Source: the human T2T-CHM13v2.0 reference genome, Homo sapiens
Assembly (NCBI RefSeq): GCF_009914755.1
Contig: NC_060933.1
DNA: 64,000 nt
Direction: 5' to 3' (one strand)
Position 1 is the first letter of the stretch. The number at the start of each line of letters is the position of its first letter. Shown here in pieces: positions 37,866-52,080 of the stretch. The notes under the pieces were generated by a model, which made no database searches, was not told the origin of the DNA, and saw nothing but the letters and a program-made list of their open reading frames with translations. Position numbers and translations under genes: made by a program.

Positions 37866-40800
37866 TTTTTTCAGTTTGTAGATTACCATGAAGCTTGCAA
37901 ATACTATTTTATAACTCGTTATTTTAACCTGATAACAACTTAACACTTTTTGCATAAACAAATAAGCAAAAAGAAAATGAATAAAAACTCTATGTCCTAA
38001 CTCTGTCCCCCCACTTTTTAAATTTTGTTGTTTCTATTTATATCTTATTGTACTGACAGTGTCTTGAAAAGTTATTGTAGTTATTATTTTTGATTGATTC
38101 ATTGTTTAGTCTTTATACTTAGAATAAAAGTAGTTTACACAAATCAGAGCAGCAATAAATGAGACTGAAATGGAAAAAAATCAATAAAACAAAATGTTGG
38201 GTTTTTGTAAAAGTTAAATAAAACGATACATCTTTAGTCAGAATTAGAAAGTGAGAGAGAAGATCCAAATAAGAAATATCAGAAATGAAAAAGGAGACAT
38301 TATAACTTATATGGCAGAAATTTAAAGAATCATTAGTGGCTACTATGTGTAATTATATGCCAATAGGATTGAAAATCTAGAAGAAATGGACAAATTCCTA
38401 GGTACATGCAACCTACTAAGATTGAACTAGGAAGAAATCCATAACACGAACAGACCAACGACAAGTAATGAGATTGAAGCCATAATAAAAACTCTCCCAA
38501 TAAAAAAAATGCCTGGGGTCTGATTACTTCACTGCTGAATTCTACCAAACATTTAAAAAATAATTAATACAAATTTTATTCAAACTTTTCCAAAATATAG
38601 AGGAGGAGGGAATACTTCCAAATATTTTATGAGGCCAGAATTACCCTAATACCTAAACCAGACAAAGACACATAAAAAAAAAAAAAACTACAGGCCAATA
38701 TCTCTGATGAATATTGATGCAAAATGCTAGCAAAGTAAATTCAACAATAGGTAAGAAAGATCATTCATCATAACCAGTGGGATTTATCCCTGGGATGCAA
38801 GGATGGTTCAACATATGTAAATCAATCAATGTAATTCATCATATCAAGAGAATGAAAGATAAAAACCTTATAATCATTTCAATTGATACTGAAAATGTAT
38901 TTAATAAAATTCAACAATCTGTCATGATAAAAATTCTCAAGAAAACTGGGGATAGAAGGAGCATACCTCAACATAATAAAAGCCATATATGACAGATCCA
39001 CAGCTAGAATAATAAAGAATGGGGAAAAACTGGAAGCCTTTCTTCTAAGATCTAGAACATGACAAAGATGCCCACTGTCACTACTGTTATTCAACCTAGT
39101 ATTGGAAGTCCTAACTAAAGCAATCAGAAAAGAGACTGGTATAAATGGCATTCAAATTGAAAATCAAGATGTCAAATTATCCTTGTTTTCAGATGATATG
39201 ACCTTATATTTGGAAAACTCTAAACTCCACCAAAAAACTATTAGAACAGATAAACAAATTCAGTAAAGTTGCAGGATACAAAATCAACATAAAAAATTTA
39301 ATAGCATCTCTTATGCCAAAAGTAAATCATCTGAAAAATAAATAAAAAGTAATCCCATTTACAATAGCCACACATAAAATTAACTACCTAGGAATTAACC
39401 AAAGAAGTAAAAGAGCTCTATAATAAAAACTAACAAGCATTGATTAAAGAAATTAAAGAGGACACCATAAAATGGGAAAATATTTCATGTTCATGGTTTG
39501 AAAGAATCATTGTTGTTAAAATGTTCATATTACCCAGTTATCTACAGAGTCAATGTAATCTTTATCAAAATACCAATGCCATTCTTCACAGAAACAGAAA
39601 AAAAAATCCTAAAATGTATATGGGACCACAAAAGAACAAGAATAGCCAAAGTTATCCTAAGCAAAAATAAAAAAACTGGAGGAATCACACTACCTGACTT
39701 CAAATTATTCTACAGAGTAACAGTAACCAAAACAGCATAGTACTGGCATAAAACAGACACACTGACCAATGGAACAAAATAGAAAACCCAGAAACAAATC
39801 CACACACCTCTAGTGAGCTGATTTTTGACAAAGTTTCCAAGAACATACACTAGGGAAAAGGCAGACTCTTCAATAAATTATGCTGGAAAACTGGATATCC
39901 ATATGCAAAAGAATGAAACTAGACCCTTGTCTTTCATCATATACAAAAATCAAACCAAAATGAATTAAAGACCTAAAAGTCCTAAATCTAAGACCACAAA
40001 CAATGAAACTACTTCAAGATAACCTTGGGGGAAATCTTCAGGACATTGGTCTGGGCAAATATTTCCTGAGCAATACCCCACAAGCACAGGCAAGCAAAGG
40101 AAAAATGGACCAATGGGATCACATAAATTTTAAAAGCTTCTATACCACAAAGGGTGGAAGAAAATATTTACAAGCTACCCACCTGACAAGGGATTAATAA
40201 CCAGACTATATAAGGAGCTCAAAAAACTCTCTAGGAAAAAAAATCTAATAATCCTATGAAAAAATGAGCAAAAGATTTGAATACACATTTCTCAAAAGTC
40301 ATAAAAATGGCAGACAGGCATATGAAAAGGGACTCAATACCATTGATAATCAGAGAAAGCAAATCAAAACTACAATGAAATATCATCTCACCCCAGCTAA
40401 AATAGTTTATATCCAAAAGACAGGCAATAACAAATGCTGGCAAGAATATGGAGAAAAGGGAACCCTCATATACTGTTGATAGAAATGTAAATTAGTGCAG
40501 TCACCATGGAGAACAGTTTGGAGATTTCTCAAAAAAGTAAAAATTGAGCTATCATATGATCCAGCAAGCCTACTGCTGGATATATACCCACAAGAAAGGA
40601 AATCAGTATCTTGAAGGGATATCTGTACTCACATGTTTTTTTTTTTTTCAGCACTGTTTACAATAGCTAAGATTTGGAAGCAACCTAAGTGTCCATAAAA
40701 AGATGAATGGATAAAGAAAGCATGGTACATAAACACAATGGAGTACTATTCAACCATAAAAAGTAAGGAGATTCAGTCATTTTCAACAACATGGATGAAA

Positions 40801-41230
40801 CTGAGATCATTATGTTAGGGAAATAAGCCAGGCACAGAAAGAAAAACATATTTATTTGTGGGATCCAAAAATCAAAACAATTGAACTCATGGACATAGAG
40901 AGTAAAAGCATGGTTACCAGAGGCTGGGAAGGGTAGTGGGTGTTGGCAGGAAGTTGGGGATGGTTAATGGGTACACAAAAAAATAGAAACAATGAATAAG
41001 ATCTACTGCTTTATAGCACAAAAGGGTGACTGTAGTCAATAATAACTTGATTGTACCTTTGTAAATAATTTAAAGAATGTAATTGGATCGTTTGTAACTC
41101 AAACGATAAATGTTTGAGGGGATGGATACCTCATTCTCCATGATGTGCTTATTTCACATTGCAGGCCTGTGTGAAAATATCTCATGTATTTATATATATA
41201 CTATGTACCCACATACATTTAAAAAAAAAG
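37866..41230 (+). mobile_element. L1MA2/3-like LINE, 5'-truncated with an inverted 5' piece
   Basis: 38141-41230 ORF2 ([22 protein letters not shown]) plus L1MA 3'UTR and A tail; 37866-38140 is the ORF1-ORF2 spacer in reverse orientation. Confidence 0.85.
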
Positions 41231-43218
41231 AAAATTAGATTCAGCCTAGCTTGTGGCAAACGAAGAATGTGATCTATCTTGAGTGAGCAGTGCAAGCAGA
41301 GGGGATTAAACCTTTTACATATAGAGAGTGAATAACATCATGAAAACAATGTTTTAAAAGATTTGCCTTCTCTGGAAGTATAGTGAAAATTATCATGGAG
41401 AGAAATTAGAGATGAAGAGTTAGGAGATACTCTACATATGTGATTATGAGAGCCTGAAGAATCATGAATATATGTAATACAGTACAGAGAAATATTTAAA
41501 AGATATTTGACAAAATAATTGACAGAACTCAGTGGATCTTTTGAACTAAAAAGATAAAAAGGGGTAGATAATAATCATAGCCAAGTTTTCTGAGCCCAGA
41601 ATGCTAAGTAATTGATAAGGCCCCTAAAAAACAAAATTAAAACTGCTAGAATTTGAAAGAATATGTAAACCAAAATTGTAAAATTACTTTTTATCTTAAC
41701 AATATTCCTTAATCAAAAATTAAATAATCCTTAAGAATGCTTAAAAATTTTTCAATAATTGATTCTATTCTGCAGAGACTGACATTTTATCAAGTTAGGA
41801 GTATAAGGAAACCCAAGAAGATTCTAATTCATAGCAATGGTTTAAACCCTATTACCCTAAATTATCTTCCTGTTCAGAAAAAATAATCAGAGGCAAAATA
41901 TCAATTATAATATTGCCACTTGGCTAAAATTTCTTTGGATATATGTTCTTTGAGAAATAAAGATGAGTATCAACTTCTATATAGAGTCATTAGATTACTT
42001 GTAAATTATCAAAGTGATCTCTATGCTGAGTGAAAGTGGTCCATTTCTTGCCATATATGCTAGTGTCAAACCATGAATAGTACATTTTATTGTGACTCAA
42101 CTTATTTGTTTTGAAAGAGTGGCCCCCTGTAGGTAGATTCAGTTTGAGGCATGAGCACAGATTATATAAGGTAATTATTTTAAATAATTAATAGTACTCT
42201 ATTATTTATAATAATTGATTATACCAAGTAATAATATGATAAACAATTCAATTTGGTCTAGCTCTTGAAAATTGCTAAGACACAATTAACTGTGAAAAAT
42301 TAATTGGAGATTAACACATGCAAATTATTAGAAGAAAAAACAAAAGGCCCTCTGATGTTACAAACCACTGGTGAGAATTTCAATTTTTACAGATTAAATG
42401 AAGTGGTTTTTATATTAACTATGACAGAAGGGAGGTATAAATGCAGGAAATAAACATAATCACTTTCAAGGAGTAAAGAAGAATAGGAAAAGGGAAGGCT
42501 TTATTCAGTGTTTTGGTAGAAAACAAGTAAGTTTAACGTTACTAAAAGTAATTGGAATAGGGAGAAGAAAAGCAGAGTCTCTGGCATTTTCATTTAAATT
42601 TCAATTGCATATCTTTTTATCATATCACCTTTAAAAATAACCAAGCAATTAATAATAATCCATTATAAAAAATTCCAATGAGATAAAGTAATATTCCTTT
42701 ATGCCATAATTTATAGGTTTTATTTATTTACATTTGTTTTGTTATTTACATTTTAGAATCCATCTTTATCTTTTTCAGTCATTGTTTTGAAAAAGCTTTC
42801 ATGTGAAAGCATGGATTATAATCATGAGACATGAAACACCTTCTTCAGTATTTCACACTCTATTGGGATGAAACATACAGGCACGCAAGAAATAATGTGC
42901 ATCATGGTAAAATCTAGACATATACATAATTCTACAGTGGCCATTATTTCACTGTTGTATTAGCAGCGTTCTTCACAATGAAGATCCTCAGGCATAATAG
43001 GCTATCAGTGTATATTTGGTGAAATAATGTATAAGGGTAAAGATGAAGTGGAATTGATAAGGAAGCATTCTTTCTTTAATTCACATAAAAAACAAGAGTC
43101 TAAAGTAATGGCTTAACAAAGAGATACAGACACAAGAAAGGATATTTGCTTTTACCACTTTCGTTTGGCATTGTATTTTCAGATCCAACCAGTATAAGGC
43201 AAGATAAGAAAGTATAAG

Positions 43219-43436
43219 GGCTTTGGGAGCCCAAGGCCAGCGAATAGCTTGACCCCAGGAGTTGGAGAGTAACCTGGGCAACATGGCAAAACTTCATTTC
43301 TACAAAATCTTTTAAAACTGCCAAAAAATTAGCCAGGTGTGGTGGCACACACCTGTAGTACCAGTTACCCAGGAGGCTGAGGTCTGAGGATCACCTGAGC
43401 CCAGGAGGTTGAGGCTACAGTGAGTAAAAAAAGAAA
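43219..43436 (+). mobile_element. AluJ, truncated
   Basis: ctttgggagcccaagg...ttagccaggtgtggtggcacacacctgtag...gcccaggaggttgaggctacagtgag. Confidence 0.85.
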
Positions 43437-43459
43437 GAGTGAAGAACATCTAGATCTTT

Positions 43460-44610
43460 GAGTGAAAAAGAATGAAATCAAGCCTCTATCTTATACTGTA
43501 CAAAAGCATTTGTTTAGATGAATCATGGGTCTAAATGTGAAAGCTAAAGTAATAAAAACTTTAGAAGAAAATATTGGAAAATATCTGTATAATCTTGGTG
43601 TAGTCCGGAGCTTTTGAAGCACACATAAAGTACTAGCAATAAACTGGAAAATTTAAATTGGTCAAAATTAAAAATTTTTACTATTTGAAAGATATCATTA
43701 AGTCAATGAAAAGCCAAACTGAGAGAAATTGATACACACACAAAAACACACACATATGGCAGGATTTTTATCCAAAATATATAAAGAGCTTCTATAATTC
43801 AATAATTAAAGATTTTTCAGGAGAGTTTAAAATGTACAAATAACTTGACACAGAAACTTCACAAAAAGATGTTATACAAATGACCAACAAGCATACAAGA
43901 TGATGCTTAATATATTTAGCCATCACAGAAATGCAAATTAAATCATAACTAGATGTCACTTTATATCAGGAGGGTGTCTTTTAAAAGATTAACAATACAG
44001 TGATTGTGATGGTGTGATTGCTGGTGAGGAAGGAAAATGGTAAAACCACTTTGAAAACAATTTGGCAATTCTTATAAAATTAAACATAAACTTACAGGAA
44101 GATACGGCTATTTCCCTTTTAGATATTTATCTAAGAGAAAAGCAAACATACGCTTACAAAAAAAAACAAAACTCATATAACAATGTTTATACTGCGGCAG
44201 CTTTCCTCCTAATAGACTAAAGGAAGAACCCAGCCAGGTGCACATCACTGGATAATTATTAAACAAATTGATTTACTATTGCAATGAAGTACTGCTGAGC
44301 TATGAAAAGAAATAAACTACTGATATACAAAACAGTATTTTTAGTAAACTAATCCTAACACGCAAAAAAATATGTTATTACTGTGTTAAGATATTCTAAA
44401 CATGCAAAACTATGCTATCGTGAAATATGATCAGTAGTTACCATTAATGAGGGTGTGGAATTCCTGGGGAAATACAAATAACTTTCTGCAATAATAGAAA
44501 TCCTCCATATTTTATTTTTGCTATTTTAACTAGATGTTCATATACCTTGTCAAAGCCCCCTGAAATAAAAGTTGTGCATTTTACTTTGTGTATATTATAC
44601 CTCAAGTAAG
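43460..44610 (+). mobile_element. Old L1M (MC/ME-like) ORF2 3' end and 3'UTR
   Basis: ctttagaagaaaatattggaaaatatct..., gaaatgcaaattaaatcataactagatgtcac, terminal ttactttgtgtatattatacctcaa. Confidence 0.7.
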
Positions 44611-44766
44611 AAGGTATATAACTCTAATTGGGAGAAGGAATAATAAAAAGGAGATGCAGATATTAGAAAGATTTTACTGGACAAATTAGAGAACTTGGGA
44701 CAGGCGGAATATAGGAGAAAAAGAAGAGAGTTTCCATTGACTCTAATTCTACTACATTGCTCTTAC

Positions 44767-44835
44767 CTTCAAAATGTCTAGAATTAAGGAGACATTCATC
44801 ATTGTAAGCAGAGTATATGCAACCTTTATATGGCC
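44767..44835 (-). pseudogene. Candidate exon G (69 nt, phase 1-1) of unidentified gene remnant
   Basis: Weak acceptor aaatatcag|, strong donor aag|gtaaga; open: PYKGCIYSAYNDECLLNSRHFE. Confidence 0.3.
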
Positions 44836-45019
44836 CTGATATTTAATCATGCTTTATTAAATATGTTAAAATATTAGTTCATGAGAAGCAGCTACAATAT
44901 ACCATATGCCATTTTCTATTTTTACTTAATGCATTCTACCAGTTATTCAAATATCTACATGAAATTCCCTTTTCTCCTTTTCATTTGCTTCTCATCTGTT
45001 GGAACCTGTTTTGACTTAC

Positions 45020-45157
45020 AGTGTTCCAGAAAGGTTAGTTCTCTCAAAAAATAAGGTTTCTGGCCTTGAAAACTTAAGTAGAAATGAAGAATAGTTTCTG
45101 TCTCACTACCTGTTGCTATATCTTCAGTTTTAGTTTCTATGTATAAATATTTTTTAT
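45020..45157 (-). pseudogene. Candidate exon F (138 nt, phase 1-1)
   Basis: tatttag| ... act|gtaagt; open: KKYLYIETKTEDIATGSETETILHFYLSFQGQKPYFLRELTFLEH. Confidence 0.35.
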
Positions 45158-46489
45158 CTAAATACCATTTGTAATAGAACATTTTGAAATAAAAGCACAT
45201 CCATTGAAATAATATATTCATTATTATATCTCTATGGAGAATCTAAGCAAAAAAATTTCCAAAGAACTCTAAATAAATTATATTCAAGATATTCTTGAAC
45301 AGATTTATCCTATTGCTCTGGTGACAGTAAGCTTAGAAAGCCAAATTTGTTTTCATACTAATTCAGAATCTTGATATATTAATAAAAAGTCAAAACTCTT
45401 TAAAAATGTATTAAAAGGAATAATATTTTCTTTATTCTGGTATGTCCAAAGTATATGATAAATGTTAGGTGTTCAACATCCCTTATGTAACTGGTATAAT
45501 TTATCTGAATATATCAATATATACTTTAAATTTCATTTATGATATTTGCTTCACTTTATTGTCCATTATGTTTATAATCTCATTTTGAATTCTCTATGCT
45601 ATATACTGATCATTTGTTTTTAATTGTTTTATTAACTTTTAGTCATCTTCTGTATTTGGCCATTTGAGAACTAAATTTTAGATTAATTCTACTTAGCTTA
45701 GGATTTTCTATAGACATTTATAAAATTTCTATAAAAATTATATACATTGTTTTCTATAAATTGTTCTTAATACATTGAGAAATGTTATTACTGGCAGAAT
45801 ACTCAATATATCTATTTTATGAACATCCTTTCAATTTCTATACTGGAAGTAACTTGTCTTCACTGAAATATTGGTATTTATTCAGTATTTTTATTGTCTG
45901 TATTTAGTAACTGTCTGTGTATGTGTGTTTGTGTAAATTTGGCAACATTCTTTGTTCCCTAGTTTTTAAAAATATGAGTGATAACCTCTTGAATGGTTTT
46001 CAATTTCTTTTTATATTTCAAGCTTTATTTTCGTGGGTTCTTTTTTATTATTTACTGTATGTTCTATTCACTGACTTAAGTGCACTTGCTGCTGAAACAC
46101 TTCTCATGTTCTGAATCAGTGTCTGTCTCTACAGCAGTGGAACAATCCACAAAACTAGAGGCCACTCAATTTCAGACACCCTTTATTTTGAAGATATGGA
46201 GCCTGAGGTATGAAGTGGTTCTCTGATGCCTGAACTGTGCCACTAAGAATATATATTTAGAATTACAGTTTGCTGTGTGTAAGTACTAACTGTCAAATTC
46301 CAAGTAATAAGTATCTTAACATAGGATGTGTGCATGTATGTGAATGTGTGTATGTAACATTTGGGGGTCAGTTGAAGTGTAGGACTATGCGAGTGGCTTT
46401 TATTGCCCAGGGTTAAGTGTGATACTGTTTTTGGATAGAGCCATCTGGTGATATTCTGCATTTTGTTCACTTTAAATATTCTTAGTCTC

Positions 46490-46713
46490 CTATTTATAAT
46501 AGGGATATTGTGAGATTTCTGAGTAGGGAAATTTGGTATTTATAAAACGAGGATAATAGATGTTGGAGAGGGTAGTTATGAAACTAGTAATTTTATGAAG
46601 AGATTGGGGTTTCTGGGATTCTTCTGATGTATTCCTAGTGCAAATAAATTGATCCCATACATCACAAATGTCCAATGTCTTATAAGAAGTGAGTAAGATC
46701 ACTAGAGGGGACC
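46490..46713 (-). pseudogene. Candidate exon E (5' boundary only; phase 1 start)
   Basis: Acceptor catttgtttgacctcag|gg; open 70+ codons SPLVILLTSYKTLDICDVWDQFICTRNTSEESQKPQ...; no clear donor found. Confidence 0.3.
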
Positions 46714-48176
46714 CTGAGGTCAAACAAATGTGGCAAGTAAAACTTTCTCTCCCTCTTAATAATCCCACAGTGTATTATGGATTTGGGCTGTTAACACAAC
46801 TGAAAAGAAAGATTAATATCCTTTGAGATCAAAAAAAATTTGAGCCAATATTATTTTCACTATCATTATTTATTAAGCCATTTCATTTTCTTTCAAATTG
46901 CAAGACAGAAGTGAAAGTACGCAGCAATATAACTACGACAATATGATCAAGAAAAGGTAGAAAGAGAAGAACAGTGCTATGCATAGAGTAAAGGCAATGC
47001 ATTTTCTTACTGGCAGGGTAACAACACATAATTTTAAAAAATATTTAGGAGTGATTCTGTGTATATATAAGCAGTTCATGCTGAATCATTTAGATTCCAG
47101 GAACAGCAAAACAGATTTGACATTTTTAAATAATATATCGTAGAAAAGATAAAGGGGCTTTCAAACATGCCCAGTATATGAGCTTCGTGCTGGAGAATGA
47201 GTTAAAAGAATCCCCAACAAGTGAATCAATGTGAGTTCTCTGTGTTCTGGTGAGAAATGCCATTCAAAATTGATGACAAGATTTCTGACCAAGATCTATT
47301 TTGGGCTAGCTTTCTTCATAACCATCTCTGACCTTACACTCAATGTCTCCTTGACTTATGTTACTGACATCTGAAATTAGAAATGAAATGTTAATTGCTA
47401 AGCTATACACATAGGTTGTTTCTTCACTCAGTAGCAGTCAACCTAGAGGTAACCAGGAAGAATGTAGATGTTTCTTTCAAAACTAGTTCTGAAAAACAAA
47501 ACCTCAGCAGGCATAAACTATTATTAAACTATGACTTATGTAGTCCTCTGCTCCCTACTTTCCTGATGATAATCAGACAGATATTAATTACAGTTACACA
47601 ACACTGATGATTGGGATCAGCCCATCAGGTTAGAAAAAATAAAGATCTAGTCCTAACATTTTTTTTTCCAACTCACTACTCATAACAGAGTGTGAAAATA
47701 ATGTTCATTACCTTGTTTTAATTGGAGAAAAAAAGCCTTCTCTCAATTGCTTTGGTGTTTTATTATTTCAGTAAGAAAAATATAGGTGATTTTTAAATGT
47801 CTTAGAAAAAGTGTTATTGTTGCACTTTGGACAATTTATGAACAAACAAATACTCACACGGAATCAACGATAATGCTTAAATATATATGATCACATGCAA
47901 GGCAGAGGAAACATTCCTAAATAACCGACTTAACTATCACAGCAATTTATATTATAGACTGACTCAGGTACTCAAATATACCAAAATTAGGTCAACACAC
48001 TCTCATTCAATAAAAATGCATTTATCTGCTTTCAATCCTATTTTCTTTAGCACTTCTATATTAACCTGATCATGAAAGATTAGGGTTCTAACAGAAAAAG
48101 GTAAAAAAATAACTTTTAAATTTCAAATCATCTTCATAATAGCCCAGTCACAAATGGGGAACAGAATTCTTCTTAC

Positions 48177-48620
48177 CTTTAGGATCTTGACATTATTGAG
48201 TTTTGCTATCATGATCCTTACTTTACTTTTCTTTGCTGTATCTTCTGACATTTTTAATCACTGATGCCCTGTTCTTTTGGGGGTTTATTTTAATGAAAAG
48301 AGCTTTCTCGGTTCTCCTCTTGACTTAGGCTTTGGTTCTGTTTTGTTTCAAGATTTTCAGTGTACTGACATTTGAAGGTTTCTTGGTGCTTTAGTCTCAA
48401 TTTCATACTATAATTATTAGTATGTATGTTCCCTGGTCAATTTCATTTCTTCTGTCATCTGACTTCCTTTATATTCTTTTGAGTCCTCAATTCATCATTG
48501 CAACACTCTACAAGGCATCCAATGTCTCTTCAGTATTCTTTGTGGATTGTAAATACCACCGGCTATATAGTTTCTCAATCCATAAATATATACCTTTTAT
48601 TATTTTCTTTCATTGAATAT
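48177..48620 (-). pseudogene. Candidate exon D (444 nt), multiple stops
   Basis: Donor aag|gtaaga; purine-rich coding-like minus strand; phase-2 start YSMKENNKRYIFMD*, phase-1 end ...CQDPK-G. Confidence 0.35.
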
Positions 48621-48894
48621 CTGTATCTACTTGATTGGTAATTAATTAGGAAAAAGTATCCACTCAATATTGTCACAGAATTAATTTATAGTATCAGAAT
48701 TAATTATAATCCTGATTCACAGGAAAATACTCAAATCTATTTCTGTAGGCAAATTTGGGTGTTTAGATGATTTAAAAAGTTTTGTTCCGAGTTTTTTTTT
48801 CAGAAAATTTTTTATTTTTATTTCAGGCAGGCAGGCAAGAGTATTAAGATTTGAGCTCTAGCTTTAGGTCAAATTGGCCCTACAATTCTACTGT

Positions 48895-49224
48895 TATTAT
48901 ATTTTTTATGATACTTTAAGTTCTGAGATACATGTGCAGAACATGCAGGTTTGTTACATAGGTATACACATGCCATGGTGGTTTGCTGCACCTATCAACC
49001 TGTCATCTACATTAGGTATTTCTCCTAATGCTATCCCTCCCCTAGCCCCCCACCCCCCAGCAGGCCCCGGTGTGTGATGTTCCCTTCCTGTGTCCATGTG
49101 TTCTCATTGTTCAACTCCTACTCATGAGTGAGAACATGCGGTGTTTGGTTTTTCTGCTCCTGTGTTAGTTTGGTGAGAATGATGGTTTCCACCTTCCTGA
49201 TTCATCCATGATGAACATCGACGC
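48895..49224 (-). mobile_element. L1PA7-like 3' fragment
   Basis: atactttaagttctgagatacatgtgcagaacatgcagg...ctcctaatgctatccctcccctagcccc. Confidence 0.92.
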
Positions 49225-49319
49225 ATTCTGAGCTTTTGTAAATGCTTTCATCAGGACTGTAGACTGAGTCTGAGAACTCGCAAAACATCTATTTTACATC
49301 TGTCTATATAAAATATATA

Positions 49320-51110
49320 TGACAAATATAGTTGAAATACGTAAAACTAACAGAGTTTATATCCAGAATATGTACCGAGGGTCTACAAATCAATTTAAAA
49401 AACGATAGGAATCCTAAAAGAAATATGGACGAAAGACTTGAGCACTATTTTTAAAGAAAGAAATGAGGATACCCAGTCATTAAATATATGAAAAGTGGTT
49501 CAACTTCATTATTATATAGATAAATATAAATTAAAACTACAGTGTGATATCCCTATGGATAAACCAGAAGTTGAATTTTTTTAAAGAAGAAAAAAATAAT
49601 AAAAAGAACAGCAACAAAAAATAAACCACAAGTTTTGGTATGTGAAGAAACGGGAGCTCATAAACAGCTTGTGGGGGAGTGATTTGGTTAACCACTTTCA
49701 ATACCAGTTTCACATTATTTACAGACTCTAAAGACAGGTGTTGCATATCAAGAACTGTTCTGGTATTTGTTCTGAGTTCTTGGAATAAAGCTTCTAAAAT
49801 TTTTGGAATACTCCAAGTGACAGGAGTGTCTTTATTACTCATTGGCTTCTTGGGATACACCTTAGTTTAGCTGGACAATTTAGGATGGGAGCTGGTCATT
49901 GGAAAGATTAACCATATGATTAGGAGGTTGAGGCTTTGAGCCAGTTCAACCTCCAGGCAGGGGAGGATGTCTGGGTGATTGACTTCAGTCAGATGGTCAA
50001 TGATTCAATCAATCATAAGTGTGTAATAAATCTCCAAATAAAAACCCTGGACACTGGAGTTTGGTGGACCTCCTGCTTACTGGACACATGAATGTTGTGG
50101 GAAGGTGATGCACCCTGATTCCATGGGGAGAAGGCGCAGAACATCTGCATTTGGGAACTTACCATACCTTGTCCTAGAAATCTCTTCATTTGACTGATCC
50201 TGATTTGTATCAGGATAAATAAACTGTCAGTATAGAACTTTCCTGAGTTCTGCAAGTTGTTCTGGTGAATTTTCAAAACTGAATCATTCATGGGAACACC
50301 CCTGGATTTGTAGCAAGCAAGTCAGAAATGTGGTTCAACTTCATTATTGAAACAGGGGAGACTAGGGAACCCCTAAACTTGCTGCTGGCATCTGATGTGG
50401 TAACATTCCTAATGGTGATAATGCCATGAGCTCCTGGGATTTGCATTAAATCCAGATAGTTAGAATTATAATTGTATTTCAGTACAATAGGCATATACTA
50501 AAATCCAACAATTATACTCCTAAGCATATTCCCTAGAAAAATGTGTCCATGTGTGCACCAGAAAACATGTATAAGATGTGTTATTAGCAACATTATTCAT
50601 AAGTCAAAACCTGAATAAGCCATAATCCCAAATGCATTTTAACAATACAAGGAATAAAATTGTTTATCTTCATAAAAAGAGTACTAAGCAATGAAAATTA
50701 CTGAACTGGAACTACATGCAAAAATATGCTTGAGTTTTAAAAAATTTTTTTTGAATGAAAGCAGCTTATAACAAAAGAATGTAGAATTGCAATTTCCCTT
50801 ATGAATAATACCCATATAAGAAAACCTAAACAAGATTGTTTATAAAACCTTATATAGAGAGTTAATATATACATAAAATAAGAAATATACAGAAATACAA
50901 GGAAGTGATTACCATAAAATTCAGAATAGTGATATTCTTTAGAGGGAAGAAATAATGTTATTACTAGGATGGGCCAATTAAAGAATCTAAGATGCTGACA
51001 AACATTTCATTTGTTGTCGCAAGTGGTGGTTACATAAGTGTTTGTTTTGTGGAAATATTTTGCTAAATATTTGATTCATGCATATTTATATATGTAGGCT
51101 ATATTTCGCT
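49320..51110 (+). mobile_element. L1ME-like fragments flanking MER21
   Basis: tttatatccagaatatgt...aaattaaaactacagtgtgatatcc; resumes at 50490 with ccaacaattatactcctaagcatattccctagaaaaatg. Confidence 0.6.
49752..50485 (+). mobile_element. MER21C-like LTR
   Basis: ggatgggagctggtcattggaaagattaaccatatgattagg...gtcaatgattcaatcaatcat...tttcctgagttctgcaagttgttctggtgaatt. Confidence 0.75.
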
Positions 51111-51962
51111 ACACAAAAATCAGTATCATTTTTTGTTTCATAATTTTGGAAACTGTGAAAAGTTTTCCCACTTCTTTTCAACTAGCTTTGACCCACATTG
51201 ATAACAATTCGATCGTGGTTTTCACATAAAAGTTTGATTTGAAAATAATGATTGAAGACAGTTATTATGTGACAGGAGATATGCTTCCTAAAATTATTTT
51301 CATAATTTATTTGATGAGGATACCATTAATACATTAGCAAAGTAGAACTGGGCTTCAGCTAAGCTCCTTACAAAATGTAAATAAAACATTAGAAAGTAGA
51401 GTCCGAATAAATGAAATTTTAGGAATGTAAATTTTTCTTGTCATAAGACAAGCTTTACTTTAGCCAGCGTCTGGGAAATTAACTAATGTTCTATAGCTCA
51501 AATTTGAAACTGCCAAGTAAACACATACTGTTATAAAAATATATGATGTTTGAAATCATAGCAAATCAATGTTTTGCCAAATAAAGTAAAATAATTTTAA
51601 AATAACCTACATATTATTTTTGAGTAAATGCTGAAAGGTAGAGATAAATAAATGGAAATTCTTCAAAACAGCTTTTGATATAGCTTATCACACATTCTGC
51701 AATCATTATAATTTTTTAACAAAATATTTAAAATATTCTAGGCAATAAGTTGTGAGCTTTGATTTCATTGCTTTCTCCAAACCTCCCCAACATTTATTTT
51801 AAAATAAACTATTTTCTTAAAATATGACAATAATATAAATTTGATGTGAAAATGGCTTCTTACTATTTTTATTTATTTTGTATTCCTATTACTCAAATTG
51901 TTGTATAATGAATGCATTAAAATAACTTTTTTTTTGTATTTTTGAAGAGCAGCAGTTTATTG

Positions 51963-52080
51963 CCTAGAGCAGTATTTCTGAAATGTGGTTGCACACAGTA
52001 ATTAATAGTAGATGAAAATTCTGACTCAGTAGGTTTGGGGTGTGGCCCAAGTATTTGTGTTTTTGAAAAACTCTATGAAA
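51963..52080. mobile_element. MER5A-like fragment (hAT-Charlie)
   Basis: attctgactcagtaggtttggggtgtggcccaagtatttgtgttttt. Confidence 0.6.

Noticed and set aside
42740-43030. Possible further minus-strand exon of the gene remnant
   Set aside because: Coding-like texture, but no clear splice boundaries and stops in the frame I read
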